Shown one piece after another: positions 49,201 through 59,692 of a stretch of 64,000 nt of DNA (positions are counted from its first letter, which is position 1; each line of letters begins with the position of its first letter). Source of the DNA: Promethearchaeota archaeon (GTDB lineage Archaea; Asgardarchaeota; Lokiarchaeia; Sigyniarchaeales; SOKP01); NCBI GenBank assembly GCA_016839705.1, contig JAEOTR010000057.1, positions 32,001 to 96,000 on the forward strand, in the 5' to 3' direction. A program made the position numbers and the translations under genes. Under the pieces are notes generated by a model. It saw only the letters and a program-made list of their open reading frames with translations. It did not search any database and was not told the origin of the DNA.

Positions 49201-50808
49201 ATGAAAATCTTTAAAGAAAGAGTTGGAAAATATTACATTCTTTTAACTGTAATTTTTAACCTATTATTCCTAACCGGATTGCTTAATTCAGCAAGTTCAG
49301 TAAAAGAGAATGCCAAACCATATCTTTATTGTTCATATTTCGGAGGATCAGAAAAAGATATTATTACAGGAATGGCTATTGATTCAACGGGTAATGTTGT
49401 TGTAGTGGGTGGAACATTTTCAACAGACCTTGTCGTTCTTAATGGGTTCCAAGAAGAATATGGAGGGGGTTCAAGTGATAATAATCATGAGAACGGAGGA
49501 GATGGATTTGTAGCAAAAATCTCTCCTTCTGGAGACTTAATTTGGGGGACTTACTTGGGTGGAAATGATTTGGATTGTTGTAATGATGTGATAGTTGATC
49601 ATGAGGATAATATCTTAGTTATAGGAAAAACAACATCTGAAAATTTTCCCACAATTGGTAATGCCCTAAAAAAAGAGTTCAGTGGTACCACTGATGGATT
49701 CATTTCAAAATTTTTGTCAAACGGATCCTTAATTTATTCAACATACATCGGGGAAGATGGTGCTGAAAATTTAGTAGATCTCATTGAAGATAAATTTGGT
49801 AATATTATGATAGTTGGGGCGTCTGGATCCTCGAATTTCACCACCACTTTAAATGCTCCTCAGCCAATATTTGGGGGTGTTTTTGATACAATTGTTCTTA
49901 ATTTGTCCCATAACTGTTCGGATATCCTTTTTAGCACATTTTTAGGTGGCAACCGAGGAGATGGTGGTTATAACATTGCATTAGATTATGAAAATAACAT
50001 AATAATAACAGGATATACGTTGAGTGATGATTTTCCCTTAAAAAATCCCTTACAAGATGAAATTTTGGGTGATCAGAGAGAAATCTTTGTCACAAAATTC
50101 AATTCTACCGGTCAAATTATATTTTCAACATATCTCGGGGGAAGCTCATTTGAGGATTCCTTTGGATTGACAGTTAATGCATCAGGAAATATTATTATTT
50201 CCGGGAGAACTGCATCTGATGATTATCCCACGGAAAAAGGTTTACAAAATAATTATTCAGGTGGAGTAGATGCAATTATTTCGATTATAAGTCCTGATGG
50301 TCAGACCCTCGAATATTCAACTTTTCTCGGAGGAAATGGTTGGGACACATTGCATCAAGTAGCTGTTAACTCTTCGAATTCTTTATATGCATGTGGAATC
50401 GGAAGTGGGTTTCCTACAAAAAAGCCATTTCAAAATGGTGTAGCAGGTGGATCAGATTTAGTAATAATGCAATTTTCTCCTGGAAATCATGTGGAACTTT
50501 GCACTTATTTCGGAGGAACTGGGGAAGAATGTCCATATTCTATGAATTTTTATAATACGTCCTTATATATCGCAGGACTTACAAATTCAGAATCACTATT
50601 TATCAGCAAAGACGCCTTTCAAGACAACTATGGAGGAAATACTGACGGATTCATTCTAATAATTGACATCCCCTCTTATTTAGCTTTGGTAGACTCCTTT
50701 CAAATCTTCAATCTAGGTTTAATTCTCACTATAATGATCCCAATTTCTCTGATTGCAGTGACAGGTACTGTTTTTCTTATCCGCAAATATAGAAGGGGAA
50801 TTAGTTAA
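49201..50808 (+). CDS. Membrane-anchored SBBP-type beta-propeller repeat surface protein
   Basis: Signal peptide; repeats of STYLGG..D....D..GN....G.T.S.DFP...Q....G..D.F..K; C-terminal TM plus RKYRR. Confidence 0.88.
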   Translation: MKIFKERVGKYYILLTVIFNLLFLTGLLNSASSVKENAKPYLYCSYFGGSEKDIITGMAIDSTGNVVVVGGTFSTDLVVLNGFQEEYGGGSSDNNHENGGDGFVAKISPSGDLIWGTYLGGNDLDCCNDVIVDHEDNILVIGKTTSENFPTIGNALKKEFSGTTDGFISKFLSNGSLIYSTYIGEDGAENLVDLIEDKFGNIMIVGASGSSNFTTTLNAPQPIFGGVFDTIVLNLSHNCSDILFSTFLGGNRGDGGYNIALDYENNIIITGYTLSDDFPLKNPLQDEILGDQREIFVTKFNSTGQIIFSTYLGGSSFEDSFGLTVNASGNIIISGRTASDDYPTEKGLQNNYSGGVDAIISIISPDGQTLEYSTFLGGNGWDTLHQVAVNSSNSLYACGIGSGFPTKKPFQNGVAGGSDLVIMQFSPGNHVELCTYFGGTGEECPYSMNFYNTSLYIAGLTNSESLFISKDAFQDNYGGNTDGFILIIDIPSYLALVDSFQIFNLGLILTIMIPISLIAVTGTVFLIRKYRRGIS

Positions 50809-50866
50809 AATTTGGCAGTTCATAAATTTTATTTCTAAAATTTTTTTTTCTTTAGCATTACTTAAA

Positions 50867-50899
50867 TTGTACGAAAACTGCACCTTAAAGCTTTATATA
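50867..50899 (+). promoter_or_regulatory. Conserved operator + BRE/TATA element, copy 3
   Basis: TTGTACGAAAACTGCACCTTAAAGCTTTATATA; TATA at 50892. Confidence 0.8.
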
Positions 50900-50952
50900 C
50901 AGTGTTGTTTCTCATTATATAACTATAATCAAAAGTTAAAGTGTGTAAGTGA

Positions 50953-51549
50953 ATGAACCTAAAAAGAGTTAATATTAAAAATAATATTATTTCATTTTCT
51001 ACCAGTATTTCTTCTTTTTTAATTCCGATTTTCCAATACGTACCATGTACTGGTGTATGGTTTGGGATAATGAGTATACCATTGATATATTATCTGGGTT
51101 TCTTTTTTCAAAATCCTGGAATTGCCTCTTCAGATATTCAATTCTTAATCAGAAACAATGGATTCTACGTTGTACTATTTGGTTTCATTATTTACATCTA
51201 TTCTTTAATATATCAATTAACTCATAGAAAGCAATTGATGCAGACTGGACCCTATAAATATGTGAGACATCCTCAATATATTGCTTTTATTATCATGACT
51301 TTAGGATTAACTATAATTACTTTTGACACAAGTCCAATTTTCAATTTTAATATTGGTAATCTTAACGGATTTACCATTATATTAATTATTTGGATTGGTG
51401 AAGTGATTGCGTATATTGTTTTAGGAAAGATTGAAGAAATTGCCTTAAAAGCTAAATATGGTGATCAATTCTTAAAGTATGCAAGCGAAGTACCATTTAT
51501 GGTCCCATTCTTAAAATTAAAAAGGAATGAAATTAAGAAAAATAATTGA
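50953..51549 (+). CDS. Isoprenylcysteine carboxyl methyltransferase / PEMT family membrane methyltransferase
   Basis: LMQTGPYKYVRHPQY and IEEIALKAKYGDQFLKYASEVPFMVP signature motifs. Confidence 0.88.
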   Translation: MNLKRVNIKNNIISFSTSISSFLIPIFQYVPCTGVWFGIMSIPLIYYLGFFFQNPGIASSDIQFLIRNNGFYVVLFGFIIYIYSLIYQLTHRKQLMQTGPYKYVRHPQYIAFIIMTLGLTIITFDTSPIFNFNIGNLNGFTIILIIWIGEVIAYIVLGKIEEIALKAKYGDQFLKYASEVPFMVPFLKLKRNEIKKNN

Positions 51550-51579
51550 TAACAACATATTGAAAAATTTAATAATAAT

Positions 51580-52284
51580 ATGAAAACTAAAAATGCTAAA
51601 ATTTTACATTTTTTTAGATTTACACTAATTTTATTATCTCTTGCTTTTCTATCAATTGTCTTATATTTAGTTTTCTCTTATGAAATTCCGTTTTTTGATC
51701 CTACAATAAATACCATTAAATTTGTCATAATTGTTCTTTTAATACCACTATTAGCATTTATAACTATTTTAGCTGCTCTTACAATCAAAGAATACAAGGC
51801 CTATTTTGTGAGGAGAACTCATATTAAACAGGGAAGATCCTATCTGACCCTTACTGATATTTTTGAAAATGAAAACCGTATAAATCTCATAAATCAAATC
51901 CTAAGGAATCCCGGTATTCATCATAACGAATTACTACGAAAATGTGAATTACAAAAAGGACAATTACAATATCATTTAGATATCTTATTAAAGTACAACA
52001 TTATAAAAAAGGAAAAATATGGGCAATTTACAATTTATTTTCCGATTACAACATCATTTGATGCAGAAGAGTATTTAGAAAATCTTATCGCAAAATCAAA
52101 AACCACTTCAGAAATCTTGAATATTATTAAAAAAACTCCCGGAATTAATTCTTCTGAAATATCACGAATTCTGAATATTTCTCGTAATACTGTGAAATAT
52201 CACATTGATAAATTATCACAAGAAAAGCTAGTAAAATTAACTAAAAAAGGTCGCACAATAGAATTATATCCTATTCTTAATTAA
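51580..52284 (+). CDS. Membrane-anchored transcriptional regulator with two winged-HTH domains (COG3398-like)
   Basis: Two N-terminal TM helices; NPGIHHNEL...LQYHLDIL and TPGINSSEISRILNISRNTVKYHIDKL. Confidence 0.88.
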   Translation: MKTKNAKILHFFRFTLILLSLAFLSIVLYLVFSYEIPFFDPTINTIKFVIIVLLIPLLAFITILAALTIKEYKAYFVRRTHIKQGRSYLTLTDIFENENRINLINQILRNPGIHHNELLRKCELQKGQLQYHLDILLKYNIIKKEKYGQFTIYFPITTSFDAEEYLENLIAKSKTTSEILNIIKKTPGINSSEISRILNISRNTVKYHIDKLSQEKLVKLTKKGRTIELYPILN

Positions 52285-52391
52285 TTAGATATTCTTATTC
52301 TATTTTAATATCTAGAAAGATCTATAATAGACTTATCATTAATTTACTTACTTGATTCAATTTAGGATATAGCTCAAGGTTTAAAGAAATT

Positions 52392-53519
52392 ATGAATGCA
52401 CATGAAAGAGTAATAAAAACGTTAAATCATGAAGAACCTGATCGAGTACCTCTTTTCTGTCAAGCAATAATGCCTGGATTCGAAAGAAATCTGATTAAAT
52501 ATTGGGGTAATGAATATAAGCATGATGAGAGATATGTTTTATATTTTAGTGATTATAACCTTCATAGAAAATTAGGTTTTGATCTTTGCTGGGGATTTGG
52601 TGTAGTTCCCGCCAAATTACCACGAAACTTTTTAAAAGATAACCCAACTCCACAATTAGATGATCCAAATAAAATTATTGATATTGATGGTAGGGTTTAC
52701 TTAAGAAATCCTGAATTCAATGTACCTTGGTATTATGAAAACTATATTACAACAGAAGAAATGGCAGATTATTTTTATGACAGATACTATTCAATAGAAT
52801 GGGAAGAAAACTCTAATTTTATACCAAAGCTCAATAAGACTTTAAGCAAATATCCCCTAGATGAGATTGTTCCTTGTACTCACATAAACAGTATTTTAGA
52901 ACCTATTTGGGAAGGTTTAGGATTATCTTTATTTACGAAGTTATTAAGAAAAAAAAGATCTAAACTCAAAAAATACATTGATTTAAGAACAAAAATCTCA
53001 GTAAAGGGAGCAAAAGTGTTAGCAGAAACTGATTTTGACGTTTTCTTTCTATGTGATGACACAGCGTTTAAAAATAGAACAATGATTAATCCTAAAGACC
53101 ATCGAGAACTAATTATTCCTGCTTATAAGAAGATTCTTCATGAGTTAAATAAAGCAGGAAAATATGCGATTTTTCATTCAGATGGTTATACTGAACCCTA
53201 CTTTGATGGGTTGATTGAGGCAGGATTTAAAGGGGTTGAATCTTTAGAACCAATGGCGGGCATGAATTTAAAACATTTAAAGGACACATATGGGGATAAA
53301 CTCTGTTTAATTGGGAATATAGATGTTTCAAAACTTTTACCTTTCGGCACAACAGATGAAGTTACACAATCAGTAAAAAAATGTATAAAAGATGCCGGTG
53401 AAGGTGGAGGATATATGCTGAGCGCCTGTACAGATATAACGAATGCATGTAAACTTGAAAATATTTTTACTATGATTTCTGCCACAAAGAAATATGGGAA
53501 ATATCCACTAAAATTATGA
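52392..53519 (+). CDS. Uroporphyrinogen decarboxylase / MtaA-CmuA methylcobalamin methyltransferase family
   Basis: ERV..TLNHEEPDRVP, DDTA, FHSDG, LEPMAGM, LIGNID, GGGYMLS. Confidence 0.88.
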   Translation: MNAHERVIKTLNHEEPDRVPLFCQAIMPGFERNLIKYWGNEYKHDERYVLYFSDYNLHRKLGFDLCWGFGVVPAKLPRNFLKDNPTPQLDDPNKIIDIDGRVYLRNPEFNVPWYYENYITTEEMADYFYDRYYSIEWEENSNFIPKLNKTLSKYPLDEIVPCTHINSILEPIWEGLGLSLFTKLLRKKRSKLKKYIDLRTKISVKGAKVLAETDFDVFFLCDDTAFKNRTMINPKDHRELIIPAYKKILHELNKAGKYAIFHSDGYTEPYFDGLIEAGFKGVESLEPMAGMNLKHLKDTYGDKLCLIGNIDVSKLLPFGTTDEVTQSVKKCIKDAGEGGGYMLSACTDITNACKLENIFTMISATKKYGKYPLKL

Positions 53520-53647
53520 ATAAAGTGATTTTCTAATTTAAGGATAAATCTTTATTGAACTTGGTATGATATTTAAAAATATAATCATTAGTAACTCTAA
53601 AACTTGTATATTTATATTCTCATTAATATAAAAAGGAGAAAGTCCAG

Positions 53648-55318
53648 ATGAACGATAACAATATTGATTTGAAAATAAGAAGTAAAAGCCTATTCGATGG
53701 CATTAGCAAAACGCCATTTAGATATGGGAAAATAGAATTACTGAAGTCCTTAGGTTTAGACGATAATGATATTAATAATAAACCTTTTATTGGGATAGTA
53801 AATACTTGGAATGAACTCAATCCCGGTCATAAACATTTAAGAAGCCTCGCTGAAGCAGTAAGATATGGAATTATTGAAGCGGGGGGTGTACCATTTGAGT
53901 TCTGCACTATTGGAGCATGTGATGGAATAGCTATGGGAAATATCGGAATGCGTTCTATCTTACCACACAGAGAAGTAATTGTAGATTCAATAGAATTAAT
54001 GGTTGAGGCTCATCGATTGGATGCTATGGTCACGTTGTCGAGTTGTGATAAAATCAACCCGGCAATATTAATGGCAGCAGTAAGATTAGACATTCCTACA
54101 ATATGTGTTCCGGGGGGTTCGAATTTATATCAAGTAAGATTCATGCCGGGTTATAAAGGAATTGCAACGGACAATTATGAAGATTTTGCTCATAAGTTTG
54201 GATGTATTACATGTGCAACATATGGTGCCTGTGAAGCTATGGGTACTGCCAACACCACTCAGTGTCTAATGGAAGCATTTGGGATGACATTACCTAATGC
54301 TGGCACAATACCCGCAATGACTCAAATGAAATATATGATAGCAAAGAATTCAGGGAAAAGAATAATTGAATTATTGAAACAAGGAATAATTCCATCTCAA
54401 ATTATGACGAAAAAATCTTTAGAAAATGCCATTATCGTTGATTTAGCAATAGGTGGATCAACTAATTCAACACTTCATCTTCCAGCAATCGCTAATGAAA
54501 TGGGAATAGATTTTGATTTAGAAGTATTTAATGAGTATAATAAAAAAATACCAACTATTGTAAATGTTGCCCCATCGGGAGATTATGGAACTCCAGATTT
54601 ATATACGGCAGGAGGGATTCCTGCAGTATTAAGTAGATTAAAGGAATTTCTTCATTTAGGCTGTTTAACAGTATCTGGGAAGACTATTGGAGAAATTATT
54701 AAAAACACAAAAGTTCTGGACGAGAACATAATTAAACCGTTGAATGATCCTATATTTCCCGAAGGTGGGACTGTAATATTGAAAGGTAATTTAGCACCAG
54801 AAGGTGCTGTGGTTAAGCAATCAGCAATCAAGAATGAAGACATGTTAAAGTTTGAAGGACCTGCTATATGTTTTAACTCAGAACAAGATGTGACTGATGC
54901 TTTAACTTCGGATCAAGTCCAAAATAATTCAGTAATTATCGTTCGATATGAAGGCCCAAAAGGAGGGCCGGGTATGCCCGAATTACTAGCCGTAACGCTA
55001 ACCTTAGTAGGAAAACGTAATTTAGATAAGGTTGCTCTAATTACTGATGGACGTTTTTCAGGATACACTTCAGGACCCTGTATTGGTCATGTGAGTCCTG
55101 AAGCATATGTTGGAGGACCAATTGCTCTAGTGAGAAATGGAGATATAATCAAAATTGATATCCCTAACAGAATTCTTGATGTAAATATCACGAAGGACGA
55201 AATTCAAGAACGCTTAGAAAAATGGAAACCTTTTGAGAAAGATATAAAAAGTAAAGCGCTTTTGAAATACCGTTCCCTTGTAACCTCTGCTGCCCAGGGT
55301 GCAACCCTTAAATTTTAG
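53648..55318 (+). CDS. ilvD: Dihydroxy-acid dehydratase (IlvD/Edd family)
   Basis: NPGHKHL, CDG, CDK, MGTANT, GGSTN, GNLAPEGAVVK, EGPKGGPGMPE, TDGRFSG, GHVSPEA. Confidence 0.92.
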   Translation: MNDNNIDLKIRSKSLFDGISKTPFRYGKIELLKSLGLDDNDINNKPFIGIVNTWNELNPGHKHLRSLAEAVRYGIIEAGGVPFEFCTIGACDGIAMGNIGMRSILPHREVIVDSIELMVEAHRLDAMVTLSSCDKINPAILMAAVRLDIPTICVPGGSNLYQVRFMPGYKGIATDNYEDFAHKFGCITCATYGACEAMGTANTTQCLMEAFGMTLPNAGTIPAMTQMKYMIAKNSGKRIIELLKQGIIPSQIMTKKSLENAIIVDLAIGGSTNSTLHLPAIANEMGIDFDLEVFNEYNKKIPTIVNVAPSGDYGTPDLYTAGGIPAVLSRLKEFLHLGCLTVSGKTIGEIIKNTKVLDENIIKPLNDPIFPEGGTVILKGNLAPEGAVVKQSAIKNEDMLKFEGPAICFNSEQDVTDALTSDQVQNNSVIIVRYEGPKGGPGMPELLAVTLTLVGKRNLDKVALITDGRFSGYTSGPCIGHVSPEAYVGGPIALVRNGDIIKIDIPNRILDVNITKDEIQERLEKWKPFEKDIKSKALLKYRSLVTSAAQGATLKF

Positions 55319-55382
55319 TTTATTATCAATTCAATTTTAAATTTAATTCCTCTAATTTTTGAAAACCTAAGAGATCCGCTTC

Positions 55383-56333
55383 TTATTTCTCAAATTCTAA
55401 AGACAAGGAATATATTTCAGCAGTAATTTTTTGATAAATAGCTCGTAGTACGATTTCAAAAGCCTTATTTTCAATATTTTGAGGTACTCCTAAATTCTCT
55501 AAAGTTTCTATGATTTTTCCTGGCTTTTTTAGCTTAAAATCGATATTAAAATCATCTTCTCCTAATTTTTTTTGCCAACTAGATAATTCTTGAATAGAGA
55601 TTTTTGGTACATTAAATTTGGATTCAATTTTTTGCTTGGTCACAACTTTTTCTAATTTCTTCTTATTCTTTGATGGTTGAGCAAGACTTAAATCAGTGAG
55701 TATTTCATTCTTAGGCTTTCCTCTTAATTCTAATAACAAAAATGGATTAAAATCTATAACACGTGCAAGATATAAAATAACAGAAGCAATATGTTTACAA
55801 GGAATTGCCTTATCAGGGCAAGAACAAGTGGCATTTAAACCTTTTGACGCATCTGGAAATAATGAGTAATCACTCTCATTAAAAATAGTGATAATTTCTT
55901 CTGGTAAGGATCCTTCTAATAATTCTATAAGGTTTATGGTTCTTTTTGTAAGTTTTTCTAAAAGAATTTCCCAATCTTTTTCTAGGATGGTCTCAAATTT
56001 TATTTTAACACGATAGGGAGTTGGAGCAGTACCTTGTACTGTTGCAAAAATCTGACCTGGGATAATTGAAAGATTATCGATTCGTCTCTTATCTTTTACA
56101 TAGTCAATTCCTCTTTGCATTCTGAAGGGACGCCCTATTTTTAAATTTGACTGAATCCATTGTTTTCCCCATGATGTTTTAGCAAAGTTTATAAGATCTA
56201 TTTTAATCTGTTCTACCTCTTCACGAGTATGTTGTCTTTCATATTCTGTCTTTCTTTGAGGTTTTCCCTGTTTTTTTCCCTTGATTCTTCTATTATTCAT
56301 AAATTCTTTTTTTCGGTTATCTATTTTCATCAC
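55383..56333 (-). CDS. SWIM zinc-finger protein
   Basis: WGKQW, RMQRGIDY, VQGTAPTPY, CSCPDKAIPCKHIA, NPFLLLELRG. Confidence 0.92.
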   Translation of the reverse strand: MMKIDNRKKEFMNNRRIKGKKQGKPQRKTEYERQHTREEVEQIKIDLINFAKTSWGKQWIQSNLKIGRPFRMQRGIDYVKDKRRIDNLSIIPGQIFATVQGTAPTPYRVKIKFETILEKDWEILLEKLTKRTINLIELLEGSLPEEIITIFNESDYSLFPDASKGLNATCSCPDKAIPCKHIASVILYLARVIDFNPFLLLELRGKPKNEILTDLSLAQPSKNKKKLEKVVTKQKIESKFNVPKISIQELSSWQKKLGEDDFNIDFKLKKPGKIIETLENLGVPQNIENKAFEIVLRAIYQKITAEIYSLSLEFEK

Positions 56334-56342
56334 ATCTCCTTT

Positions 56343-59300
56343 TTAATCACTTAACAGTAATAATTCTTTTAGTTTTTCATTATTCAAATTAGAAATCCAA
56401 GATTCTCCGGTGGATGTCACGATTTTTTCTGATAAATCTCTTTTTTCCTCTAATAAAACGTCGATTTTTTCTTCAATTGTTCGATGTGTAATGAATTTAT
56501 ACACATTCACTACAGATTTTTGACCAATTCGATAAGCTCTGTCTGTAGCTTGGTCTTCAACAGCAGGATTCCACCACCTATCAAAATGAATAACTGTTGT
56601 TCCTTGAGTTAAATTTAAACCCGTCCCACCAGCTTTTAAGGATAAAATCAATATTGGAGGACTTTCAATTTCTTCTGATTGAAAATCGTCTATTATTTCA
56701 CTCCTTTTCTTTTCAGGGACACTACCATGAAAAAAGAGAATTTGAAAGTTATACTTCCATTCAAGTATCTTTTTTATAATTGTCCCCATCTGTGTAAATT
56801 GGGTAAAAATCAAAACCTTTTCCCCATTCGAAATAACTTCATCAGTCATTTCTAATAATCTTTCCAACTTGTTTGACAAGGAAATAATATGTTTTATATC
56901 TTTATCTGATGCTGTCGACACGATATCTTTCTTAAGGTATTGATAAGGATGGTTGCAAATTTGCTTTAATTTAACTAATAATGCTAATATTAATCCCCTT
57001 TTCTTTCTATTGTCAACTGTGCTGTCATCCAGTGTTAATAATATCTCTTCAGTAAGATCTTTATACAATTTCTCTTGCTCCTTAGTCAATTCAATTGTTA
57101 TTTTCATTTCATTTTTTTCCGGCAAATCCTTTATTATTGATCTATCCGATTTAACACGGCGTAAAATAAAGGGAGCTATGATAACCTTTAAGTCATTAAT
57201 AGCTTCTTGATTTTGAAATCGTTCAATCGGTAAAATATATTTTTCTTGAAATTCCTCTCTATTTCCTAAAAGGCCAGGATTTAAAAAATTAAATAGAGTC
57301 CAAAGTTCAAGTAAACGATTTTCTATGGGAGTTCCACTTAAACAAATTCTATATTGACTTTTCAATTTCGATATTGCTTGGGTTTGTTTTGAAGTATAAT
57401 TCTTCATATTTTGGCTCTCATCTATAATAATGCCACTAAAATGAATTGTTTCTAAGAAATCAATATCATTTCTAATAGTTCCATAAGATGTTAGAAAGAT
57501 TCTATGTGCTTTTAAAAATTCTGGAATCTCTGAGACTTTTTTATATCGATTAGGACCATGATGAAGTATTACTTCTAAATTGGGGGCAAACTTTGTAATT
57601 TCACGTTGCCAATTAAACAGTACTGAAGTAGGACATACAACTAAAATACTCCCCTTCTTATTTGGATAGTTTTCTTTTAGATAAAGCAAAAACGCAATTA
57701 CTTGAATTGTTTTACCAAGACCCATATCATCAGCTAAACACAATCCAAAATTAAGTTTTGTCATATTTCCCATCCATTTAACTGCTACTTCCTGATATTC
57801 ACGCAATTTTCCATTAAAAGATGAAGGACAAGAGATATCTTCAAAAGAATCGATAGATTGAATTCGATTAATTATTTCATTTAATTCTCCTTTGATAATT
57901 ACATCATATTTAGTACCATTATCTTGCAGTTGGACTTTGCCAATTAATCCTAATTTTAAAGCATCTAAATAATTTTCCACATGGAATTTCTTAATATTCC
58001 TTAAATCTTCGAGGTCATTTTGAGCAATTAATACCCATCTTCCATTTAAATTGACTAATGGGTCGTTAGAATTAATTAAGTTATTGAATTCTTCTTCTGC
58101 AATTTTCTTTCCTTCAATTCTAGCATCCCATTTAATGTCTAGCATTGATTCGATACCAAATAGAGATGGTAGAGCGCTAGTTACTCCTCTTTTTTTCCTC
58201 GCATCCTCTTTTAAACGAATAATTAAACGGGTGGTTAAACGTTGCTTTCCACCTAATGTAAATACTTCAGGTAGAACAACGTTGAACCCACTTTGGATTA
58301 ATAGATCTTTCGGATATTTTAAAAATTCCATTACTTCACTCGAGGTAAGTTTAATCTCATGTTGAATGTCTTCTAAAAAGGCTCTCTTTAGGGGCGGAAA
58401 TATTTTTGATGCGGTTCCCAGCGCTCTTAAAATTATTTCTAAGTATTGCTCATCACCGTTAACATTTTTTGAAAATAGTTCTTTTTTAAGTTCATGTCCT
58501 TCCCAAAGCTCATTTAAAGCTAGGATTTTCTTCCCATTTTGAAATGACAAGGAAATTTTTAATATCCAATCATCTTCTCCCGTTTCTGGATACTCTAATT
58601 CCAAATTTAATGTAAAATCATATCTTAATTGGAATCCTATAGCAGATTGAGTCCAATTCTGAATTAATACCGGTAAAATAGATTCATAGAATTCATCAAC
58701 CATAAAACTATTATCCTTTTTAATAAGTGTTTTAAGAAATTTATAATCCCAATTTAATCGAAAATCGGGGCTCACTTCTCTTTTTATCTCGGTGCTATAA
58801 AATTCATCAAAAGTTTGAAATTTGCTTTTCTTTAAGGTAGATCGGATCAAATAATCTCCAATACTATCCAAAAATACCGTAAAAAGGTAAGAAGGATGCC
58901 AAAGACCATTCGTTTTAATGACATCATTTTCATGAATTATATTTATCGGAAGACAAAAAGCTGACCAAGAACTATGATTTAAAATAGATTTAAAACGATC
59001 ATTATCATATTGAGATTTTAAAATTAACCTCCAATGACTATTGTACAATTTCTCTCCAGTTGGTTCGATTACAGGGACAAATTGACCTTTATTTAATAGT
59101 TCAAACACTAATTTTGTTAGAAGAGCCCATGTTTTAATGGAATTACTATAACGAATTCTATTTCGATCTGAATTTTCAATTATTTCCAATTGGTAAAGTA
59201 ATTTTGCGGCAGGTGAAATTGGTATGATTTTTCCTATATGTGAAATAATATTACATATTTTTTTTGGGGAGCTCTCTTTTTTTTTGGTTTCTGATAAATG

Positions 59301-59540
59301 ATTAGGAATTGCGAGGTTGATTTTACATGATAAAAGCTTTTTTGTAGGAATATCCGGAAAAGTATGATTAATATGCTCAACCAGTTCTTTCTCAGATTGA
59401 TTTGAAGGTATCCATAAAATAAAAAAACTACTGTTTTTAGGGAGTTGTTTTACTTTAGAAATCAATTCAAAATTACTTGCAGGCTCATTCCAATATGCTG
59501 CAGGAATATAAAGCGATTCAAGTTTATTAGCCAATTTCAT
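56343..59540 (-). CDS. SWI2/SNF2-family helicase-like ATPase (DUF3670-type)
   Basis: LADDMGLGKT, DESQ, SGTPIEN, ILRRVK, LKAGGTGLNL, DRWWNPAVEDQATDRAYRIGQ. Confidence 0.95.
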   Translation of the reverse strand: MKLANKLESLYIPAAYWNEPASNFELISKVKQLPKNSSFFILWIPSNQSEKELVEHINHTFPDIPTKKLLSCKINLAIPNHLSETKKKESSPKKICNIISHIGKIIPISPAAKLLYQLEIIENSDRNRIRYSNSIKTWALLTKLVFELLNKGQFVPVIEPTGEKLYNSHWRLILKSQYDNDRFKSILNHSSWSAFCLPINIIHENDVIKTNGLWHPSYLFTVFLDSIGDYLIRSTLKKSKFQTFDEFYSTEIKREVSPDFRLNWDYKFLKTLIKKDNSFMVDEFYESILPVLIQNWTQSAIGFQLRYDFTLNLELEYPETGEDDWILKISLSFQNGKKILALNELWEGHELKKELFSKNVNGDEQYLEIILRALGTASKIFPPLKRAFLEDIQHEIKLTSSEVMEFLKYPKDLLIQSGFNVVLPEVFTLGGKQRLTTRLIIRLKEDARKKRGVTSALPSLFGIESMLDIKWDARIEGKKIAEEEFNNLINSNDPLVNLNGRWVLIAQNDLEDLRNIKKFHVENYLDALKLGLIGKVQLQDNGTKYDVIIKGELNEIINRIQSIDSFEDISCPSSFNGKLREYQEVAVKWMGNMTKLNFGLCLADDMGLGKTIQVIAFLLYLKENYPNKKGSILVVCPTSVLFNWQREITKFAPNLEVILHHGPNRYKKVSEIPEFLKAHRIFLTSYGTIRNDIDFLETIHFSGIIIDESQNMKNYTSKQTQAISKLKSQYRICLSGTPIENRLLELWTLFNFLNPGLLGNREEFQEKYILPIERFQNQEAINDLKVIIAPFILRRVKSDRSIIKDLPEKNEMKITIELTKEQEKLYKDLTEEILLTLDDSTVDNRKKRGLILALLVKLKQICNHPYQYLKKDIVSTASDKDIKHIISLSNKLERLLEMTDEVISNGEKVLIFTQFTQMGTIIKKILEWKYNFQILFFHGSVPEKKRSEIIDDFQSEEIESPPILILSLKAGGTGLNLTQGTTVIHFDRWWNPAVEDQATDRAYRIGQKSVVNVYKFITHRTIEEKIDVLLEEKRDLSEKIVTSTGESWISNLNNEKLKELLLLSD

Positions 59541-59692
59541 ATATTAATATCGCTTAATTACAATGAATATTATCTTTTTACTATTAACTATTAATTTAAT
59601 AAATTTAGAACTATAATTTTGATAATTAAAGAACTAACATAAAGATATCATCTTTAAATAAAAAGAAGTTTAATACTGTAATCATTATTCAT

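Noticed and set aside
48455-50899. Three ~33-bp repeats read as a CRISPR array or MITE ends
   Set aside because: They are separated by whole genes, all in direct orientation, each ends in a TATA box, and there are no cas or transposase genes or target-site duplications
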